Origin: Planctomycetota bacterium
GTDB lineage: Bacteria; Planctomycetota; MHYJ01; WSZJ01
Direction of reading: 5' to 3'
NCBI GenBank assembly: GCA_038060895.1
Contig: JBBTCT010000007.1
Location: 132,023 to 196,022, forward strand
DNA length: 64,000 nucleotides
This document shows, in pieces, positions 11,289-21,097 of the stretch (its first letter is position 1; every line of letters starts with the position of its first letter). Under the pieces are notes generated by a model, which worked only from the letters and a program-made list of their open reading frames with translations, did no database searches and was not told the DNA's origin. The position numbers and the translations under genes were made by a program.

Positions 11289-12686
11289 CTACACCCGTCT
11301 CACGACAACGCTCGGACCTTCCGCCTTCACGACCGTGATCTTCGTCCCGGCCTCGACGAACTCGCCTTCCGCGACGACGTCGAGCGTCATCCCGTCTACT
11401 TCCACCTTGCCGGAGGGGCGAAGCGGCGTCATCGCAATGCCTTCCCGCCCGATGAGAACCACCGCCGCCGGTGCTTCCGCAGGCGGAACTTCCGACTTCA
11501 GGATGAGCTGTTTGAACATCGGCGTGTTGGGAAGGAAGCGGACGATGGCGGCGAAACCGATGACGGCCCCGCCGGTGGATGCGGTGAGCGTGAGGAAGTT
11601 GCCGGCCAGCGAGTTCCACTGGTACGGGTTCGAGGGGAAGACGAAATTCTGGAGCGCGAGGATGAGCCCGGCTCCCATCAGGAGCAGGCCGGAAGCGCCC
11701 ACGACGGCGAAGCCCGGCGTCAGGAACTCGACGATGAGGAGGATGGCGCCGATCGCGAAGAGAAGGATCTCGGTCGCCTGGGCGGTGCCGACGAGGTAGT
11801 GCCCGAAGAAAACCGTGCCGAAGCAGGCGGTCGCCAGAAGCGCGGGGATGCCGACCCCGACCGTCTTGCATTCGATCCAGATGAAGATGAAGCCGAGCGC
11901 GATCAGGATCCCGGTGACAATCCCCATCGTGACGATGGCGACGAAGGACTCGCCCCAGGCTTCCGAGATTCGCGAGATGGAGCCCGGCACGACTCCGAGG
12001 GAGACGCAGGCCTTCTCAACGGAGTCGGCCGTCGAGTGCGAAATCCCCAGCTCACGCGCTTCCCGAGCCGTGAGGTTCAGCAGCTTCCCTTTCAGCTTGA
12101 GCTGCCGAAGGACCTTGACCTTCGCGCCCCGCTGCTCCATCTCCGCGAACTCCAGTCCGTTGACGAGCTTCGGCGCGCCGTTGACCTCGACTTCGCGCAC
12201 TTCAAGATCCGGATCGACCATTCCCATCGCGATGAGAGCCGGCAACCCGTGCTTCTCCGCCTTCGCGCGGAATTGTGCGGCGACCCAGGACACGATTTTC
12301 TCGCTCGACATCACGCCGTCGCTTCCGACCGGCTGCGCACTTCCGATGGTCGCCGACGGTTCCATGACGATCCGGCCGCACGCAATGGAGATGAGCGCTC
12401 CCGCGGACTGAGCGCCGCCGAAGTTGCCTCCCTTGACGTACGCCGCCGTCGCGATTTCGGACCGCTCGATGCGTTCGGCGATATCCAGTGCGGAATCAAG
12501 GCGTCCCCCGGGCGTGTTGATTTCAAACACGACCAGCGACGATCCGTCCGCTTTCGCGGCTTCGAGCGAGCGTTTCACGAGATACACCGTTGAAGGACCG
12601 ATTTCGCCTTCAATGGCGACGACGGTCACGCGGGGCTCGGCGGCCGCAGCGGCCGCGAGTGCAAGGGTCAGCAGGAATGTGCGCAT
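11289..12686 (-). CDS. nfeD: Long NfeD membrane-bound serine protease (ClpP-like domain, TMs, OB domain; YqeZ-like)
   Basis: Signal peptide MRTFLLTLALAAAAAA; INTPGG, AQSAGALIS, IGSAQP, AMTPLRPSG. Confidence 0.9.
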   Translation of the reverse strand: MRTFLLTLALAAAAAAEPRVTVVAIEGEIGPSTVYLVKRSLEAAKADGSSLVVFEINTPGGRLDSALDIAERIERSEIATAAYVKGGNFGGAQSAGALISIACGRIVMEPSATIGSAQPVGSDGVMSSEKIVSWVAAQFRAKAEKHGLPALIAMGMVDPDLEVREVEVNGAPKLVNGLEFAEMEQRGAKVKVLRQLKLKGKLLNLTAREARELGISHSTADSVEKACVSLGVVPGSISRISEAWGESFVAIVTMGIVTGILIALGFIFIWIECKTVGVGIPALLATACFGTVFFGHYLVGTAQATEILLFAIGAILLIVEFLTPGFAVVGASGLLLMGAGLILALQNFVFPSNPYQWNSLAGNFLTLTASTGGAVIGFAAIVRFLPNTPMFKQLILKSEVPPAEAPAAVVLIGREGIAMTPLRPSGKVEVDGMTLDVVAEGEFVEAGTKITVVKAEGPSVVVRRV

Positions 12687-12898
12687 AGGGAATCTCCGAC
12701 GGGTAGAACCTGAGAGCGCAAACAGGGGGCCGAGGATCTCTTCCGAAGCGATCGTAGCCGGGAAAAGAGCAAAGCCAAAGGCCAAAACGGGTTACGGATG
12801 CTGCCCGCGCGACGGGAGGCGAGCGAAGGAGCGTGCACGGGAGAACGGTGCGGGTACGGGGGTGTACGGGAGAAGAAAGGCGGACGGACCGTTCTTCG

Positions 12899-14212
12899 TC
12901 ACTCCCCCGCCAGTCGGTCCAGCACCACCTTCAACGTCTCCACTTCACTTCCTCGCCCCTCAAACCGCACCCTGCCATCCGGATCCACAAGGAACACCCG
13001 CGGCAGATCCTGCACCTTGAAGCCCCTGGACAGGTCTCCGTCCTCCAGCGCGACACCGAAGGAAAGTCCGAGATTCGATGCAATGCGGCGGACCGACGCT
13101 TCGGATTGAAGCGCATCCACGCGCGTCACTGCTGCACCGCCCGCGCGCGTCCGACCTCTCAGCAATTCCGAGATCGCCGCGAGTTCGGCCTCGCAGCGCG
13201 GCGCCCAGGTCGCCCAGAAGTACACGAGCTGCCACTTCCCCGCCTCCGGCGCCTCTCCGATCCACGCCGGTGCCTTGAGAGCGGGCGCCGACTGCCCGAG
13301 CATCGGCCAGTCGCGCCTGGCCTCGAGGGCGCGGGTCCGCGCCAGGGTCCCCCAGCGGTTCCCCGCATCGGCGCCCGCCTTCTCCCACAGTTCGACCGCC
13401 CGGTCTCGCTCGCCGTCCCGCCACGCTTCCTGGGCCGCAATCATCGGCGCGGCGTCCGCCGCGGCGTCCGCGGCCTCCTCCACCGTCAGCGACGCCCCCG
13501 GGGTCCCCAGCATCGTGAACTTCAGGTCGCGCCGCTCAGTCCCGTCCTTCGTCGCCACCGTCCAGGCCGCCGTCCCCTCGATTCCCTTCGCGCGGCCCAG
13601 ATGCATCGTCAGCGTCGCGCGCCCGGGCTCAAACGCGATGCGCGCGCCACCTTGCTCGGCCGTCGAAAACGTGAAGGTCCCGGACACGCTGCTGCCGCTT
13701 CGCGTAAACGCGCCCTTCCACGAAAGCGCCCCCAACGTTCCTGTGCGCTCCCACGCCGTTTCCTCTCCCTCCGGCAGAACTTCGATCTCGTCGAGCGCGC
13801 GCAATACCGATTCCTCAATCGACGGGTCCCGGGGCGAAGGCGCGCCGCCGCCGCGATCGTCCAGCCACAGAAACGTGACGTCGAGTTCCCTCCCGGGGAG
13901 CATCGAGATCAGCCTTTCCCCCTCCTGCCTCATCCGATCCTGTCCGTTGACCGTGTAGGCGGTCGGACGCGCGGGAGCGTGGTCGGTTTCCACGGAGAGA
14001 AGCGTCCGCCCGTTTTCGCGCGCGCAGCCGGTCACCCGTTGCGTCCCCGCGCGGGTCCACAAGAAGCGCTCCACCGTCGAGCCGCGACGCACGGTGGTCT
14101 CGCTGCGGAACTGCGCTGAAAACAGCACGCCTTCGCCGGCGCCCGTCGAATACCGCAGGGGATCCGCGGAAGCGGCGATGCCGGCCAGGGCGAGGACGAA
14201 AAGCGGTCTCAC
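12899..14212 (-). CDS. Secreted protein with C-terminal TlpA/redoxin domain, degenerate active site
   Basis: GTG start with signal peptide; GQSAPAL...VYFWATWAPRC...FKVQDLPRVFLVDPDGRVRF thioredoxin-fold pattern. Confidence 0.7.
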   Translation of the reverse strand: MRPLFVLALAGIAASADPLRYSTGAGEGVLFSAQFRSETTVRRGSTVERFLWTRAGTQRVTGCARENGRTLLSVETDHAPARPTAYTVNGQDRMRQEGERLISMLPGRELDVTFLWLDDRGGGAPSPRDPSIEESVLRALDEIEVLPEGEETAWERTGTLGALSWKGAFTRSGSSVSGTFTFSTAEQGGARIAFEPGRATLTMHLGRAKGIEGTAAWTVATKDGTERRDLKFTMLGTPGASLTVEEAADAAADAAPMIAAQEAWRDGERDRAVELWEKAGADAGNRWGTLARTRALEARRDWPMLGQSAPALKAPAWIGEAPEAGKWQLVYFWATWAPRCEAELAAISELLRGRTRAGGAAVTRVDALQSEASVRRIASNLGLSFGVALEDGDLSRGFKVQDLPRVFLVDPDGRVRFEGRGSEVETLKVVLDRLAGE

Positions 14213-14284
14213 GCCCGGGATGATAGCAACGTCCGCCCCGAACGACGACCGCGCCGGGAGGGCCGGTGTCGTACACTGGCCGCC

Positions 14285-15871
14285 ATGCGACGCTTCTCTG
14301 GCGCCCTCGCGTTCCTGCTGCTCGTCACTCCGGTCTTCGCGGATACCGCAGGGGAGCTCGCCCGCCGGACTCGCGACTTCGCTTCCCGCGGATGGGGAAC
14401 CCGGGGCCACCTTCGGGTTTCTGACGCCGCAGAGGCGGAGGAGTTTCTGGCGTCGCTCGAGGCACGCTTCGAGGGCAAGGAACTCGCGCCGGCGGATCTT
14501 CTCGACCTCCGTCTCATGCGTCACCGCCTCCAGGGGCTTCACGAAGAATGGCGCGTACTCGACCTCAAGCACCGGGACGTGCGCTCGTGGCTGCCGGAGG
14601 CCGGCGAAATCCCCTCCTCGATGGAGGACCCCGAAAGGCGCCGGGTGGCCGTGCCTGAGTTTCTCATGAAGCTCGAGGACTCCTGCGCCAACGCGCGCAA
14701 GGCTCTCGAGAACATCGACCGCGAGGACGCACGCGTCAACGAGGACCGGCTGGACCAGCTCCTCAAGGCCATGGACGCACAAAAAACAAAATTTGGTGCG
14801 CAGGCGATCAAAGTCAAGACACCGAAAATGGAAGAACTCCGCCGCTTCCTTTCGGACCGGAAGAAAAACGGCCCCGAGCGCTCCGCTTCACGCGCCCGGG
14901 ACCTCCGCTGGCTCGAGTACACGGGGTACTTCCGCTGGGAAGTCGGAATTGACGATGGGCCCGAGGAAATCCTGCAGCTCGGGAAGCGGCTGTACCGGAG
15001 GACGGAGGAAGAACTCGCGGCGGTCGCGAAACAAATCAACCCCTCGCGCACCTGGCGTGAGATTGCGGACGACCTGCGCCTCGACCACCCGGAGGCGGAT
15101 CAGCTGCTCGAAGTCTGCCGCACCGAAATGGAGCGGGCGATCGCCTTCGTGAGGAAAAAGGGGTTCGTGACGCTGCCTGAGTGGGCGACGCACGTCCGCG
15201 CCGACTGGGGCGGCCCGGACGACCGCACACCGTACGGACACTACAACCCGTGCGACCCCTCGGACCCCGAGCTGAACGGGGTGTACGTCGTTACCCCGGT
15301 CACGCGCCTCAGGGGAGAAGAACGGGAGCAGGTCCTCCGCGGGAACAACCGCGCCTGGATCCGCGTCGTGTCGCTTCACGAGGCCATTCCCGGCCACCAC
15401 CTGCAATTCGCGATCGCCGCCCGTCGCACGCGGGAGATCCCGAAGATGTTCTACAACCCCGCCTACGTAGAGGGCTGGGGGCTGTACTGCGAGGAACTGA
15501 TGTTCCGGCACGGCTACTACAACGACCGCACCCGCCTCTCCCAGCTCAAGATGCGGCTCTGGCGCTGCGCGCGGATCATGATCGACGTCGGGTGCAATTT
15601 CGGCGGCATGACGAAGGAGGAAGGCATCCGCCTGCTCGTCGACGGGGTCGGCATCGAGCGCCCGAGCGCCACAATGGAAGTCGACCGCTACCTCGCTTCC
15701 CCCGGGTACTACTCCGGCTACATCGTGGGACGCGACCGCTTCGAGCGCCTGCTGGCCTCCGAACGGTCCCGCCTCGGCGCGAAATTCGACGAGCGCCGGT
15801 TTCACGACCGGCTGCTGTCGTTCGGGCCGATCCCTTTCAGCGCGCTGGAAGAAGCGATGTCGCAGCGGTAG
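14285..15871 (+). CDS. DUF885 family protein (metallopeptidase-like)
   Basis: Signal peptide; HEAIPGHHLQ, YVEGWGLYCE, R.ARIMIDVG, FHDRLLSFG. Confidence 0.9.
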   Translation: MRRFSGALAFLLLVTPVFADTAGELARRTRDFASRGWGTRGHLRVSDAAEAEEFLASLEARFEGKELAPADLLDLRLMRHRLQGLHEEWRVLDLKHRDVRSWLPEAGEIPSSMEDPERRRVAVPEFLMKLEDSCANARKALENIDREDARVNEDRLDQLLKAMDAQKTKFGAQAIKVKTPKMEELRRFLSDRKKNGPERSASRARDLRWLEYTGYFRWEVGIDDGPEEILQLGKRLYRRTEEELAAVAKQINPSRTWREIADDLRLDHPEADQLLEVCRTEMERAIAFVRKKGFVTLPEWATHVRADWGGPDDRTPYGHYNPCDPSDPELNGVYVVTPVTRLRGEEREQVLRGNNRAWIRVVSLHEAIPGHHLQFAIAARRTREIPKMFYNPAYVEGWGLYCEELMFRHGYYNDRTRLSQLKMRLWRCARIMIDVGCNFGGMTKEEGIRLLVDGVGIERPSATMEVDRYLASPGYYSGYIVGRDRFERLLASERSRLGAKFDERRFHDRLLSFGPIPFSALEEAMSQR

Positions 15872-15935
15872 TGCCGCGAGCAGCCCCGGATTCCGATTCC
15901 TTCTCATCGCACGAAACCGCATTTATCATTCCCCC

Positions 15936-16286
15936 ATGCCCAAAATTGAAACGCTGGAGCACCTGGTAGATTCGGCGTATTACCCGCGCGACGACAGGCA
16001 ACTCGCGGCGGCGCGGACGGCGATTGAGAAAGGGCTGTCGAAAAAGCTCCGCTCGAAGAAGATCCCGCCGCGCGTGAAGACGGATGCGCGCTGGCTGGCG
16101 AGCGTTCTCCTGGAAAAACGGTGGCGGAAGAAGAAGGGCGTGGACGCGATCGTCGCTGCCGGCCTGCTCTACCTGCTGAACGGGAAGGACTCGATCCCCG
16201 ACAAGCTTCCCTACACCGGCTACTTCGACGACTCGCTCGTGCTCGAAGTGGTGATTCGCTCGATCCAGGTCGGCGTGGCGAAGTAA
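15936..16286 (+). CDS. DUF1232 (YkvA-like) protein
   Basis: AAGLLYLLNGKDSIPDKLPYTGYFDD motif. Confidence 0.75.
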   Translation: MPKIETLEHLVDSAYYPRDDRQLAAARTAIEKGLSKKLRSKKIPPRVKTDARWLASVLLEKRWRKKKGVDAIVAAGLLYLLNGKDSIPDKLPYTGYFDDSLVLEVVIRSIQVGVAK

Positions 16287-16293
16287 CGCCGGA

Positions 16294-17322
16294 ATGAAGG
16301 CCATCGCCTTCCAAAGGCACGGCGGCCCTGAAGTCCTCGAGGCGATGGACCTCCCCGACCCGTCGCCGGGGCAAGGCGAAGTGCGCGTCGCGATTCGCGC
16401 CGCGGCGCTCAACCATCTCGACATCTGGGTGCGCAACGGGCTCGGCGCCGTGATCCCGATGCCCCACGTCGGCGGCTCGGACGGCGCTGGCGTCGTGGAC
16501 GCGGTCGGCCCCGGCGTGGAGTCAGTCGCCCCCGGCGATCCCGTGATGATCTCCCCCGGGCTCTCCTGCGGCGCCTGCCCCGAGTGCCTCTCAAGTCGCG
16601 AGTCGCGATGCCCGGCCTTCCGAATCGTCGGGTTCCAGACCCAGGGCACCTACGCGACTCACTGCGTCGTCCCGGCCCGTAACTGCCTCCCGATCCCCCC
16701 GGGCCTCCCCTTCCCCGAGGCCGCAGCCATTCCGCTCACCTTCCTCACCGCATACCACATGCTCTTCACGCGTGGCCAGCTCCGCCCCGGCGAAACCGTC
16801 CACGTCCCCGGCTGCGCCAGCGGCGTCGGCACGGCCGCCATCCAGCTCGCCGCCGCCGCGGGCGCCCGCGTCATCGCCGCGGGAGGCGGCTCGGAAAAGG
16901 TCGCGCTCGCGAAAAGGCTCGGGGCCTGGGAAGCGCTGGACAGCTCTTCAAATAAAAACATCGGCGACGAAGTCCGCCGCCTCACTGCCGGCCGCGGCGC
17001 CGACCTCGTCGTCGATCACCTCGGCGGCGACTACACCCCCTCCGCCGCCGCCCTCTGCGCCCGCGGCGGACGCGTCGTCGTCTGCGGCGCCACCGCGGGC
17101 CCCCAGTTCACCCTGCCGCTTCGCGCCCTCTACGTCCCCGAAATCTCCATTCTTGGCGCCTACATGGGCTCGCGCTGGGAACTCGTCGAGGCCCTTCGGC
17201 TCGTCGCGCACGGCAGGGCCCGCCCCGTCATCGACCGCACTTTCCCCCTCGCACGGGCAGCCGACGCCCAGCGCCGCATGGAGACCCGCCAGAACCTCGG
17301 CAAGATCGTCCTCGTCCCATGA
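16294..17322 (+). CDS. Zinc-binding alcohol dehydrogenase / quinone oxidoreductase (MDR family)
   Basis: GGPEVL, ALNHLD, GSDGAG, CGACPEC-x7-C structural Zn site, GCASGVG. Confidence 0.92.
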   Translation: MKAIAFQRHGGPEVLEAMDLPDPSPGQGEVRVAIRAAALNHLDIWVRNGLGAVIPMPHVGGSDGAGVVDAVGPGVESVAPGDPVMISPGLSCGACPECLSSRESRCPAFRIVGFQTQGTYATHCVVPARNCLPIPPGLPFPEAAAIPLTFLTAYHMLFTRGQLRPGETVHVPGCASGVGTAAIQLAAAAGARVIAAGGGSEKVALAKRLGAWEALDSSSNKNIGDEVRRLTAGRGADLVVDHLGGDYTPSAAALCARGGRVVVCGATAGPQFTLPLRALYVPEISILGAYMGSRWELVEALRLVAHGRARPVIDRTFPLARAADAQRRMETRQNLGKIVLVP

Positions 17323-17744
17323 TGCCGATCCCCCCGGTCCCCCCACGCCCCGACGGCCCCCGCAAAGCCTCACTTCACATGCGCAAGGGCGAGCAGATCT
17401 TCCGCGTCGCCACCACAGACTGGGCCGAGAATAACGGAGGGTTCCTCTGCTGGCGCGTCGTCGCCAAGAAGCGCCTCGACGGCCGGGTCGAAGCGATGCA
17501 CTTCATCGCGCGCAGGGACGCCGCCGACCTCCTCTCCGCCCACGTGGTCCTGCCGGAGGCCAAGTTCGGCGATTTCCTCGCGAAGATCGAAGAAGCGATC
17601 CAGCAGTTCGCGCCGGGACTGAAGATGCGCTCGGGTGACCTGTCGGAATTCGACCAGGTCGAGTTCGGGACCTACTTCATCCACGACCCGGAGGCGGAGG
17701 CGAGGCTGCGGCAAAAAGGGTTGCTGCCGCCGACGAAGGAATGA
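17319..17744 (+). CDS. Hypothetical protein
   Basis: 141 aa, ATGA-coupled to the dehydrogenase, native codon bias. Confidence 0.65.
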   Translation: MMPIPPVPPRPDGPRKASLHMRKGEQIFRVATTDWAENNGGFLCWRVVAKKRLDGRVEAMHFIARRDAADLLSAHVVLPEAKFGDFLAKIEEAIQQFAPGLKMRSGDLSEFDQVEFGTYFIHDPEAEARLRQKGLLPPTKE

Positions 17745-17810
17745 CGTTCCCGCCAATGCCCCGACCGCAGGGCGCGCCGTTCACGCAGGACGTCGCTTCG
17801 CATCCCGAAT

Positions 17811-17841
17811 AAAAAGGGGCCGCTCGAAGTGAGCGGCCCCT
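17811..17841 (-). terminator. Intrinsic terminator between convergent genes
   Basis: aaaaaggggccgctc-gaagt-gagcggcccct hairpin; U-tract on the minus strand. Confidence 0.7.
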
Positions 17842-17867
17842 GGACAGGCAGGAGGACGGAGGTAGGC

Positions 17868-19559
17868 CTACGACGCGCGGAAGAAGCGGCTGCAACCGGC
17901 AAGGACGATGAGCAACCCGGCCGCTGCGAGGGCAAGCGCGAGGGTTTCGGAGAATCCCGAAGTTGCGACTCGGGCGAGGGCGCTGGAACCGATGGAGGCA
18001 GAAGCGACTGCGCCCACGGCGTGATAAGTCCGGGACGCCGCCTGACCGGCTGCGGCGCTTTCCAGCGTCGAGGACCGCCAGCGCTGAAGGGCGACGACGG
18101 GCGCCGCTGATTCCGAGCCCCAGGCGGCGGTGGCAATCCAGCAACGGCGACCGTGGTGAGTTGAGCCGCCCCTGACGCCGAACTCGAAGTCATCTCCAAT
18201 CCGGAACGACTGCGGCAGGCTGAAAGGCCCGGTGAGTCCGCCAAGATCTGTGAATTGAATCCGCCAGTAATACACGGTATTCCGAAGCAGGGAAACGTTG
18301 ATGGTCAGGTCAAGGCAGCGGGCGTCGGTAACGACGGACGGGCTGATCCCGACGGGACCCGAGTCAAAATCGAGCGACAGGAAGAGCGGGTCGATGGAAA
18401 CCTGGAATCGAAGCCCGACCGCGTTGTCGGGGGCCACATTGGCGTCGCGGTAAACGGCGCTGAAATTCGGCTGCTGATCGATCACCGGATTAACGAACCC
18501 CGGGTCGCCGGTTTGGGCAGAGTCGAAAGACTCGTTCACGAAGAGCGAGTCGGGCGCGAGCGGAGCCAGGTTGACCTCGACGTTGAACGGAATTGTGGCG
18601 GTGAATCCCGCGGAATTCCCGGTCCCGTCTAGAGATCGGACCCTCCAGGTGTAGCTGCCTGCGGGCAGCGGCTGGAGCAGGGTTGAGACGCCAACAGGGA
18701 TGGTCAGCGGAAGGCCGGGCGGCAGGATGGGGACGATGTTGACCTCGTAAGAGACCGTGCCCGGGCCGCACGGACCGGTGTCCGTGGAGTCCGTCCAGTC
18801 GAAAAGCACGGGGGAAACCACCGTGGAGGCAGCTGCGGGAATAATCTGCGAAGGGGTCGTTGGAGCCGCCGCGTCCGCGACCGGGCAGATGATGTTGATG
18901 TTGTCAACGAACCAGCCTGAGCAGGACGTTTCGAATCCGGCAGCCGCGTCGAGCTCAACACGGAAGCGGAGGCGGAAGGTCAGTGCGCCGAGGGTGCTGA
19001 TGTTGAAAGTATGAACGTGATCGTTGTTCCAGTTACCGGGCATTCCTGCCACGAACGGAAACCCACCACAACTTTCTTCCGCATCAACGCCATCGGAATA
19101 CGTCAACTGCACCGACTTGAGCACGACGCCGCCAGCATCAAGCCACTCCACAAACCTGCGGTGCGCGTTGGGTTTGGCGCACGAATCCATCTCGTAAAAG
19201 TCCTGAATCGTCATCGTCACGCCCGCAAGCGAAGTCAGCGTGATCAACGGGCCCGTGGCGGAATTGCCCGTACTGGTGGCGGTGCCATAGTCCATGTCGA
19301 CGCCGTTATTGAAGTTCAGCGCATTGGCGCCTGCAAATACAGTCGGCTGAGGCACCGGGCTGCCAAGTCCGCCGCAGGAAAAGAGGCCAAAGCTCGTGGC
19401 CGGAGCGCCGTCCACCGCCCACGCACATCCTCCCACCGCCGGGTCGAAGGTCCATCCAACCGCACCGGTTTCAAACCCCTCGAAGTAAATCGTGGACTGG
19501 GCCGCGCAAGGAGCCGAGATTGCCAACGTCAGCAAGAATGCGATCTTCCAACTTGTCAT
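17868..19559 (-). CDS. Secreted beta-rich (Fn3/Ig-like) protein with a CFI-box-CTERM-like C-terminus
   Basis: GAGGGG RBS; signal peptide; YFEGFETG, GWFVDNINI, YTWRVRSLD and YYWRIQF repeats; RRCWIATAAWGS...V.ALQRWR followed by a C-terminal TM. Confidence 0.75.
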   Translation of the reverse strand: MTSWKIAFLLTLAISAPCAAQSTIYFEGFETGAVGWTFDPAVGGCAWAVDGAPATSFGLFSCGGLGSPVPQPTVFAGANALNFNNGVDMDYGTATSTGNSATGPLITLTSLAGVTMTIQDFYEMDSCAKPNAHRRFVEWLDAGGVVLKSVQLTYSDGVDAEESCGGFPFVAGMPGNWNNDHVHTFNISTLGALTFRLRFRVELDAAAGFETSCSGWFVDNINIICPVADAAAPTTPSQIIPAAASTVVSPVLFDWTDSTDTGPCGPGTVSYEVNIVPILPPGLPLTIPVGVSTLLQPLPAGSYTWRVRSLDGTGNSAGFTATIPFNVEVNLAPLAPDSLFVNESFDSAQTGDPGFVNPVIDQQPNFSAVYRDANVAPDNAVGLRFQVSIDPLFLSLDFDSGPVGISPSVVTDARCLDLTINVSLLRNTVYYWRIQFTDLGGLTGPFSLPQSFRIGDDFEFGVRGGSTHHGRRCWIATAAWGSESAAPVVALQRWRSSTLESAAAGQAASRTYHAVGAVASASIGSSALARVATSGFSETLALALAAAGLLIVLAGCSRFFRAS

Positions 19560-19787
19560 GCTGGTTCCCCTCATCGCGATTGAAGTCGACTGAATCATGC
19601 CCCGAGTCATGGCCTCCCCCGCCCCGGCCGACTCGAACCGCAGGATTCTAGAGTTGTCAGGCTCAGGTTCAAGCGAAATCTTACGCCCGTGACAACGTCC
19701 GATACGTTCGTGCACTTTTGAATCTTCCGCGAATCCGCGCAGGCGGGATATCTACCGTTCCTTGCCATTTCTGCTAAAACTTCCGCC

Positions 19788-20696
19788 GTGGCCACCCCCT
19801 GTCCCCCGCCCGAGTCTTTCAAGGAGCCGCTCCCATTCCCCATCCACTGGGTCTCCGACCCGGAGTCCGGAGAGCGCCTCCGCGAACGAGTCCTCGCACG
19901 GCAGGAGCCCTGGGGGCTCGACATCGAGACGACCCTGACCGGGCAGCACCATTGCGAGGTCGCCCTGATCCAGATCTCGGACGGGAAAGAAGCCTGGCTC
20001 ATCGACTCTCTGGCGTTTGAGTTCAAGCCCATCATCGAGGCGCTCTACGCGTCTCCGCTTCATGTCCTCGTCGTCCACGGCGGGATCGGCGACCTGGCGG
20101 TCCTGAAGCGCGTCATCGGGATCGTCGCCGAAAACGTCTTCGACACGCTGGTGGCAGCGCAGGTCCTGGCGTTCCCGAGTCCGAACCTTCGCGAACTCGC
20201 CAGGGAGTGCCTGATGGTGCACATGACTAAGGGCAGCCAGCAGTCGAACTGGCGCGCAAGGCCGCTCTCACCCGGCCAGTTCAAATACGGCGCCCTGGAT
20301 GCGTGGGTGCTGCCGGGAATCGCCCGCGTCCTCGCCGCGCGCGTCGCTGCGGCCGGAAGGACCGACGCGGTGCGCGACGGGATCAAGGCCATGCTGGAAG
20401 CGGTGAAAGCTTACGAGCCGCCAAACGGGCATCCCTTCGAAGTGGGATTCGCGCGGCGGAATCGCGACAAAAAAACCCGGGCGCGCCTGCGCGTGCTCCT
20501 GGACTGGCGGACGGAAATGGCCAACAAGGGGCACATCGCCCTTCTCATGAGCGTCGGCAACCGGATGCTCGGGACAATCGCCGAAAAGAATCCCGCCACC
20601 GAACACGAGCTTCGAGCGGCCGGGTGGCCGCCATCGCTTCTCCGCCGGTACGGCGATAAAGTCCTCAAACTCCTCTCCGCTTCCGACGCCGTTTGA
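19788..20696 (+). CDS. rnd: Ribonuclease D (DEDDy 3'-5' exonuclease plus HRDC)
   Basis: GLDIET, ALIQISD, FDTLVAAQVL, KGSQQSNWRARPLS, YGALD; HRDC-like tail. Confidence 0.85.
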   Translation: MATPCPPPESFKEPLPFPIHWVSDPESGERLRERVLARQEPWGLDIETTLTGQHHCEVALIQISDGKEAWLIDSLAFEFKPIIEALYASPLHVLVVHGGIGDLAVLKRVIGIVAENVFDTLVAAQVLAFPSPNLRELARECLMVHMTKGSQQSNWRARPLSPGQFKYGALDAWVLPGIARVLAARVAAAGRTDAVRDGIKAMLEAVKAYEPPNGHPFEVGFARRNRDKKTRARLRVLLDWRTEMANKGHIALLMSVGNRMLGTIAEKNPATEHELRAAGWPPSLLRRYGDKVLKLLSASDAV

Positions 20697-20721
20697 CACG
20701 CTTCCGTTCGACCTGTAGGAT
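20693..20721 (+). promoter_or_regulatory. Sigma70-type promoter of tRNA-Val
   Basis: TTGACA-N17-TAGGAT, 15 nt upstream of the tRNA. Confidence 0.8.
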
Positions 20722-20735
20722 TCCGCGCCGTTCCG

Positions 20736-20809
20736 GGGCGGCTAGTTCAGCTGGCTAGAACGCCTGCTCGACACGCAGGAGGTCAGAGGTTCGAATCCTC
20801 TGCCGCCCA
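20736..20809 (+). tRNA. tRNA-Val(GAC), CCA not encoded
   Basis: GGGCGGC/GCCGCCC acceptor stem, CCTGC-TCGACAC-GCAGG anticodon arm, GGTTCGAATCC T-arm. Confidence 0.97.
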
Positions 20810-20812
20810 TCC

Positions 20813-20939
20813 GGAGATGAAATCAGGGTGGAAAGACGGGTTCAGGTACGGCGGCAGGGCGCGGAAGTGGTTCTAACTGAGCGGTTTCCTGCGCCCCGCC
20901 GCCGCCCCGCACCCGTCCTTCCACCCTGATTTCATCTCC
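20813..20939. repeat. 127-nt imperfect palindrome directly 3' of tRNA-Val
   Basis: ggagatgaaatcagggtggaa pairs perfectly (21 bp) with ttccaccctgatttcatctcc; further pairing inside. Confidence 0.85.
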
Positions 20940-21097
20940 CCATGCTAAAAAGTGCCCGGCGTGCGTGTTCCGCGGCAAAGTCCCCATAGGTTCGCCTCAA
21001 TGGCAATCTGCACATATTCCTTGCAATGTAATCGCAATTGCATTTAATCGCCGCCCCATTGATCGCCTATTAGGCGCCCAATCACTCTCAAGGAGGC

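Noticed and set aside
13190-13220. Selenocysteine (UxxC) in the TlpA domain
   Set aside because: The codon is GCG (Ala), not TGA
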